Source: an uncultured bacterium
GTDB taxonomy: Bacteria; Acidobacteriota; HRBIN11; JAKEFK01
Reading direction: 5' to 3'
DNA length: 64,000 nt
Assembly: GCA_963777505.1 (NCBI GenBank)
Contig: CAVZQN010000006.1
Coordinates: 1 to 64,000, forward strand
Below, piece by piece: positions 59,032 through 64,000 of the stretch. The notes beneath the pieces were generated by a model, which did no database searches, was not told where the DNA came from, and was given only the letters and a program-made list of their open reading frames with translations. How positions within the stretch are numbered: position 1 is the first letter of the stretch; each line of letters opens with the position of its first letter. The position numbers were made by a program, and so were the translations under genes.

Positions 59032-60138
59032 ATGAGAACAATGATGAAAGCATTTTCAATGATCGCACCAATTTTAGCGATCTCACTGGCAGCCTGTTCA
59101 GGCTGTGTCGAAAAGAAGGTAGCAGATCCTGATCCCGTTTCGGTAGAGGTCGGCAGAGTTCAAAAAGTGCAGGAGAATGAAACGATATCGGTGAGCGGGA
59201 CAATCTCCACACCAGATTCACCAGCCACGGTGTCGTTTCTGGTATCAGGAAAAGTCGTCTCTGTCGGTCCGCGCGAAGGCGATTCTGTCACTCGAGGGCA
59301 GAAGGTTGCATCCATTGAATTGACAGATTACCAGTTGACGCTTGCGGCGGCTGAGGCACAAAGAAAGAAGGCCTCGGTTGCCCATAACCGTGCTGCGGAT
59401 GAGCATCGGCGAATGAAAATGTTATATGACTCCAAGAGTCTTGCTCCTAATGATTATGAGAAATTCAAAGCTGCACTTGACTCCGCTGAACAGCAGTACG
59501 ACGAGACCACTGCTTCAGAAAAACTGACAAGAAAGCGCCTTCAAGATGCCACTCTGTATTCACCTATAAGCGGCTTCATTTCAAGGCGATTCATAGAGCC
59601 CGGCGATACTGCCGCCGCGGGTCAGGCTGTTTTTGAAATCGTACAAATGAATCCTTTGGAAGTGAATGTCGGCGTGCCGGAAACGGACATACATCTTGTG
59701 AAGATTGGACAGAAAGCCGAGATTACGGTTCCGGCCATTCCAGGAAAATCATACGAAGGCACGGTTCGTGTCATCAACGTTTCTGCCGATTCAGCAACGC
59801 GCACTTATATGACGCGCATCAGTGTCGCTAATCCAGAACACCAGCTGCGCGTTGGGATGGTGGCAGAAGCGGCCATTCGCGGCGACCGGATGCGATCGAT
59901 GGCAATGCTTCCAGGAGATGCAATCGTACGCGATCCACAAGGAGCAACCCAGGTGTTTGTCTACTATCCGGATCAAAAGCGCGTCTACACCAGGCGAGTC
60001 GAAGTCGGAGCCGCCGTAAATAGAGATGTCGAAATCAAAAGCGGCCTTTCCGGAAATGAACTGGTCGTATTCGCTGGCCAAACCATGCTCCGAAGCGGAC
60101 AAACCGTTTCGGCAACCCAACAGACGGCGGCGAAATAA
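59032..60138 (+). CDS. RND efflux periplasmic adaptor (MFP) lipoprotein
   Basis: Lipobox LAAC, VSGKV....REGD.V..GQ, helical hairpin, LYSPISG, TRTY, LRVGM. Confidence 0.92.
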   Translation: MRTMMKAFSMIAPILAISLAACSGCVEKKVADPDPVSVEVGRVQKVQENETISVSGTISTPDSPATVSFLVSGKVVSVGPREGDSVTRGQKVASIELTDYQLTLAAAEAQRKKASVAHNRAADEHRRMKMLYDSKSLAPNDYEKFKAALDSAEQQYDETTASEKLTRKRLQDATLYSPISGFISRRFIEPGDTAAAGQAVFEIVQMNPLEVNVGVPETDIHLVKIGQKAEITVPAIPGKSYEGTVRVINVSADSATRTYMTRISVANPEHQLRVGMVAEAAIRGDRMRSMAMLPGDAIVRDPQGATQVFVYYPDQKRVYTRRVEVGAAVNRDVEIKSGLSGNELVVFAGQTMLRSGQTVSATQQTAAK

Positions 60139-60158
60139 CCGGCACAGGAGACGATAAA

Positions 60159-63100
60159 ATGCAAAATCAAATTAAATTCGCCCTTCGGTATCCTCCTGTC
60201 ACTCTCATCCTGACGGCAATGATCCTCATTCTTGGAGTTCAAGCATTCATGAAAATGCAGAGAACGGAAGATCCGACCATTACTATCAGAACCGGAATCG
60301 TGGCTGCCAGGTATCCAGGAGCCACGTCCGAACAGGTGGAAAAACAGATAACAAAAACTCTTGAAAAACACATCTTCAAGTTTGAAGAGGTGCGAAAGGA
60401 AAAAACGTACTCTACAAGCCGGCCGGAACTCGCCATCATCAATGTAGAACTAGAAGACAACGTAAAGAATTCCGATGAGTTCTGGGCAAAGCTTCGCCAT
60501 GAGATGAATCTTGTTCGCAACACCGAACTGCCCGATGGAATCAGTGGTCCGGTTGTTAACTCCGACTTCGGGGACACCGTCGCCATGCTGCTGGCGGTGC
60601 ACGGTAAAAATTATGGATATCGTGAACTGCGAGATTACGCGGACAAGATCCAGGATGAAATACGCACAGTGCGTGAAGTCGGAAAGGTTGCCACCTACGG
60701 AACGCAAAGCGAGGAAATCTGGATCACCAGCAGCCTGGAACGTATGGCTCAGTATTTCGCGGACCCACGCCAGGTGGGTAACGCCCTGATGCAGCGAAAC
60801 GTCATACAAAGTGCGGGACATTTCGAAGCAGACGAGTCGAAGATCCCCGTTCGGACAACCGGAGTTTTCAACACTGAAAACGAAATACGCAACGTGCTCG
60901 TTGATGTCTCAAAGGACGGGCATCCAGTATATATCAAGGATTTTGCAAACGTGGAGCGTCGCTATCAAGATCCGGCGTTCCTTGTGCGCTACGACGGAAA
61001 CCCCTCTCTTCTTCTTTCCGTTGAGATGCAGGAAGGAAAGAATATTGTCGAACTCGGCAAGCTGCTGGAAGAAGTTTTTCAGCGCCTCAAAGTCCTTCTT
61101 CCACCTGACGTTCACATCGACATTGTTGCAAATCAACCGAAAGTCGTCGAAGAGCGCATCGCAACGCTGAGTCACGAATTCATGCTGGCGATAGGTTCAG
61201 TCATTGTTGTAACGATGTTGCTCCTTCCATTTCGCGTTGCCCTTATCGCTGCGATGGCTATTCCCGTGACGCTGTGCGGAACGCTAGGGGCGATGGATGC
61301 GCTCGGAATCGCCCTGCACCAGGTTTCCATTGCAGCACTCATCATGGTTCTCGGAATTGTGGTAGATGACGCCATCGTTATCGCAGACAACTACGTGGAG
61401 CTTTTGGACCAAAAGGTACCCAAAAAAGAAGCGGCGTGGAGATGCGCAAGCGACGTTGTTGTTCCGGTACTTGTCGCGACAATCACGATCATTTCTTCGT
61501 TCCTGCCACTCCTGATCCTCACAGGGTCAACGGGCGAATTTATCATGGCGCTCCCCATCACTGTAGCCATTGCGCTGGCCACTTCTTTCATCGTAGCCGT
61601 ATTTTTAACTCCTCTGCTTTGCAACTCCTTTATCAAAAAAGGATTGCACGATCATGATGCAGATGAAGAACACGGTAAGAAGAAGAAAGGGCTGCTTGAT
61701 CGTCTCCAAGAAAAATATGACGTATTAATCAGGATCTTCATGAAGCGAAAATTGTTGGCTATGGCCCTCGGAGTGGCGGCGATTGTAGTTGGCGTCAGCC
61801 TGTTTGCCGTTGTGCCACAGCAGTTTTTCCCTTCCGCCGAACGCAATCAGTTCGTCATCGATGTGTGGATGCCTCAGGGTGCTCGGATTGAGGCTACTGA
61901 CGCGGTGTTGAGCCGAATCGAAAAACATCTTGCCTCAAGCAAGGGAGTCGAACATTACGCCACGTTTGTGGGTGAGAGTGCGCCAAGGTTCTACTACAAC
62001 GTTAATCCGCAGCAGCCTGATGGTGCTTACGGGCAATTCATTGTAAACACAGCTTCAGTAGCTGATACGGAGCGGCTGGTGAAGGAGTTGCGTCCCTCCC
62101 TGGCAGCCCTGGTGCCGGAGGCACTGGTGATCGTGAAAGAGCTGCAGCAGGGTCCGCAACTGGAAGCACTGGTCGAGGTGCGCATCTCCGGCGACGATAT
62201 CGCAGAACTGAAGCGGCTCGGAGATAAGGTTCAGGCAATCCTGGAGAGCACACCTAATGCGCAATATGTGTACCGCGACTACTTTAATGATTCGTACCGG
62301 TTAGATGTGAAAGTCAATGATGAGCTGGCAAACCGGCTCGGAATAACGGATGCGTCGACCTCACAAACGCTGTTCGGAGCTTTCGATGGCGTTCCGGTCA
62401 GCACGTTCTGGGAAGGAGACCGCTCGGTCTCGATCAAGCTGAGACTGGATCCGGCTTCACGTTCAAAATTCGCAGACATTTCGAATACGTATCTTAGCTC
62501 TGACCTGACGCGTGCGAGAGTGCCACTCCGCGCAATTGCCACGTTGACGCCTGAATGGCAAACAAGCAGGATTGTCCGGCGAAACGGTGTGCGCACGCTG
62601 ACAATCCGCGCATTTGTTAAGCCAGGCAATTACGCTTCAAGAGTTCTGGAGCAGGCAATTCCACAAATCAACGCGGTCGAACTCCCGGCAGGCTATCGCA
62701 TTTTCTTCGGCGGCGAAAAGGATAACCAGGATGAAGTGTTTCCCCGGATGATTGTCGCGCTTAGTATCAGCCTCGTTGCGATCTTCCTGGTACTATTGGT
62801 TCAATTTAAAAGAATCTCGGATCCGCTCATAATTATGACCTCCATCCCACTCACACTTTTCGGGGCGATGTTCGGGCTGATTATCACTCAAAATCCATTC
62901 GGATTTACTGCGTTCATGGGTCTCATCGCGCTGTGCGGAATTGTCGTAAGAAACGGCATCATCCTAGTCGAGTACTGCAACGAACAGGTTGCCGGAGGAG
63001 CAACGCTCGAAGAGGCTGCGCGAGAAGCGGGCGCGAGAAGGCTGCGGCCCATCTTTCTTACCACGATGGCTGCCGCCGTCGGTGTTACTCCGATGATCCT

Positions 63101-64000
63101 TTCGGGTTCCAGTATGTGGAGCCCGCTGGCCAGCGTTCTTGCATTCGGTCTGATCTTCTCAATGTTCTTCACGCTGCTGGTCGTTCCCGTACTATACGCG
63201 TTCGTTAAGTCCCGCTCGTTAAAACGACAGGCAATTGCAGTACCACAGTTGACTACAGCGATTCTTGTCATTGCAGTAGCTGCTCTATTGGTTGGCGGAC
63301 CACAGGCTTCTGCGGAGTCCGTGAAGCAGTCTCTGACACTGTCGCAAGCAGTGGAGCTGGCTCTGAAGCAGAATTCGTTGTTGAAAATCGCGCGAACGAG
63401 AGTAACAGAGACCGATCAAAAGATCGTATCCGAGAGGTCCCAGTATTTTCCCCAGCTCTCCAACAACACACAATATCTGACTTTGTCGGATCAACAACTT
63501 GTCAAGATACCTGCCGGCAGCCTGGGAAATGTTGATGGTAGCCCTTTCCCGACTGAGGACACGACCATCAATCAGGGCGGTTCCCACTTCATGCTCACCG
63601 AAACAACCCTCTCGCAGCCGACAACACAGCTGTGGAAAATCGGTGAAGCCAATAAGATCGCCAGAGCAGAGCGCGCCATTGCAAATGCGGAAGTGAAAAG
63701 GACGGAAAACGAAACGGCACTCGCCGTGCATCAGCTGTATTACTCGTTACTGATTGCTTACAAGGAGAATGAAGCTGCCGTGGCCTCGCTGATGGCAGCC
63801 AGGGAGAATCTGCGCGAATCAGAAGACGCGGTGAAAGCCGGCAACGTGCTTGAAGTTGCGCTTATCGCAGGAAACTCCAATCTGCTACAGAACCAGCAAT
63901 CCGTTCTTGTCGCTGAAACGCAAATAGCTGACCTGACTTCGGAACTCAATGACTTACTCGGTCTGCCTGCGGATGCCATCCTGGAATTGACCGAAACAGG
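60159..64000 (+). CDS. AcrB-family RND permease fused in-frame to a TolC-family outer membrane factor (runs off window end)
   Basis: AGGAG RBS, ATG 60159; EDP, YPGA..EQVE, LGIVVDDAIV, GIVVRNGIIL, RLRPIFLTT, TLLVVPVLY, then no stop: signal-like segment and LTLSQAVELALKQN...YFPQL (TolC N-terminus); absent from ORF track because the frame is open to 64000. Confidence 0.85.
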   Translation, partial: MQNQIKFALRYPPVTLILTAMILILGVQAFMKMQRTEDPTITIRTGIVAARYPGATSEQVEKQITKTLEKHIFKFEEVRKEKTYSTSRPELAIINVELEDNVKNSDEFWAKLRHEMNLVRNTELPDGISGPVVNSDFGDTVAMLLAVHGKNYGYRELRDYADKIQDEIRTVREVGKVATYGTQSEEIWITSSLERMAQYFADPRQVGNALMQRNVIQSAGHFEADESKIPVRTTGVFNTENEIRNVLVDVSKDGHPVYIKDFANVERRYQDPAFLVRYDGNPSLLLSVEMQEGKNIVELGKLLEEVFQRLKVLLPPDVHIDIVANQPKVVEERIATLSHEFMLAIGSVIVVTMLLLPFRVALIAAMAIPVTLCGTLGAMDALGIALHQVSIAALIMVLGIVVDDAIVIADNYVELLDQKVPKKEAAWRCASDVVVPVLVATITIISSFLPLLILTGSTGEFIMALPITVAIALATSFIVAVFLTPLLCNSFIKKGLHDHDADEEHGKKKKGLLDRLQEKYDVLIRIFMKRKLLAMALGVAAIVVGVSLFAVVPQQFFPSAERNQFVIDVWMPQGARIEATDAVLSRIEKHLASSKGVEHYATFVGESAPRFYYNVNPQQPDGAYGQFIVNTASVADTERLVKELRPSLAALVPEALVIVKELQQGPQLEALVEVRISGDDIAELKRLGDKVQAILESTPNAQYVYRDYFNDSYRLDVKVNDELANRLGITDASTSQTLFGAFDGVPVSTFWEGDRSVSIKLRLDPASRSKFADISNTYLSSDLTRARVPLRAIATLTPEWQTSRIVRRNGVRTLTIRAFVKPGNYASRVLEQAIPQINAVELPAGYRIFFGGEKDNQDEVFPRMIVALSISLVAIFLVLLVQFKRISDPLIIMTSIPLTLFGAMFGLIITQNPFGFTAFMGLIALCGIVVRNGIILVEYCNEQVAGGATLEEAAREAGARRLRPIFLTTMAAAVGVTPMILSGSSMWSPLASVLAFGLIFSMFFTLLVVPVLYAFVKSRSLKRQAIAVPQLTTAILVIAVAALLVGGPQASAESVKQSLTLSQAVELALKQNSLLKIARTRVTETDQKIVSERSQYFPQLSNNTQYLTLSDQQLVKIPAGSLGNVDGSPFPTEDTTINQGGSHFMLTETTLSQPTTQLWKIGEANKIARAERAIANAEVKRTENETALAVHQLYYSLLIAYKENEAAVASLMAARENLRESEDAVKAGNVLEVALIAGNSNLLQNQQSVLVAETQIADLTSELNDLLGLPADAILELTET

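Overview
Window from a ~44-50% GC diderm bacterium. The gene content (ECF-STK pairs, Oar-like TonB receptor, type III GS, sigma54 activators) suggests an Acidobacteriota-like soil organism, but that is an inference. Bases 1-660 are a 70-80% GC fragment (sigma70 C-terminus plus a PDZ protease) that abuts the gltX C-terminus mid-gene, probably a chimeric join. Several genes are split by single-base indels, which suggests long-read errors. Contents in order: ATL protein; an ECF sigma/Ser-Thr kinase module with secreted targets and a TonB receptor; an FHA-GAF sigma54 activator with a second kinase; nitrogen-metabolism genes; four PKD lipoproteins bracketing a glycosylation locus; a CTP-synthase-like glutamine amidotransferase whose catalytic Cys codon is TGA followed by a SECIS-like hairpin; and a ~17 kb accessory region (46.7-64 kb). 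That region has four consensus sigma54 promoters with shared TGTCAA/TTGACA enhancer arrays, two FhlA-like activators with identical recognition helices, a secreted HipA/PI4K-like kinase paired with an Omp85 barrel, a signal-peptide-bearing UbiB kinase, and an AcrB-TolC fusion ORF missing from the ORF track. No rRNA, tRNA, CRISPR array or transposase was seen.
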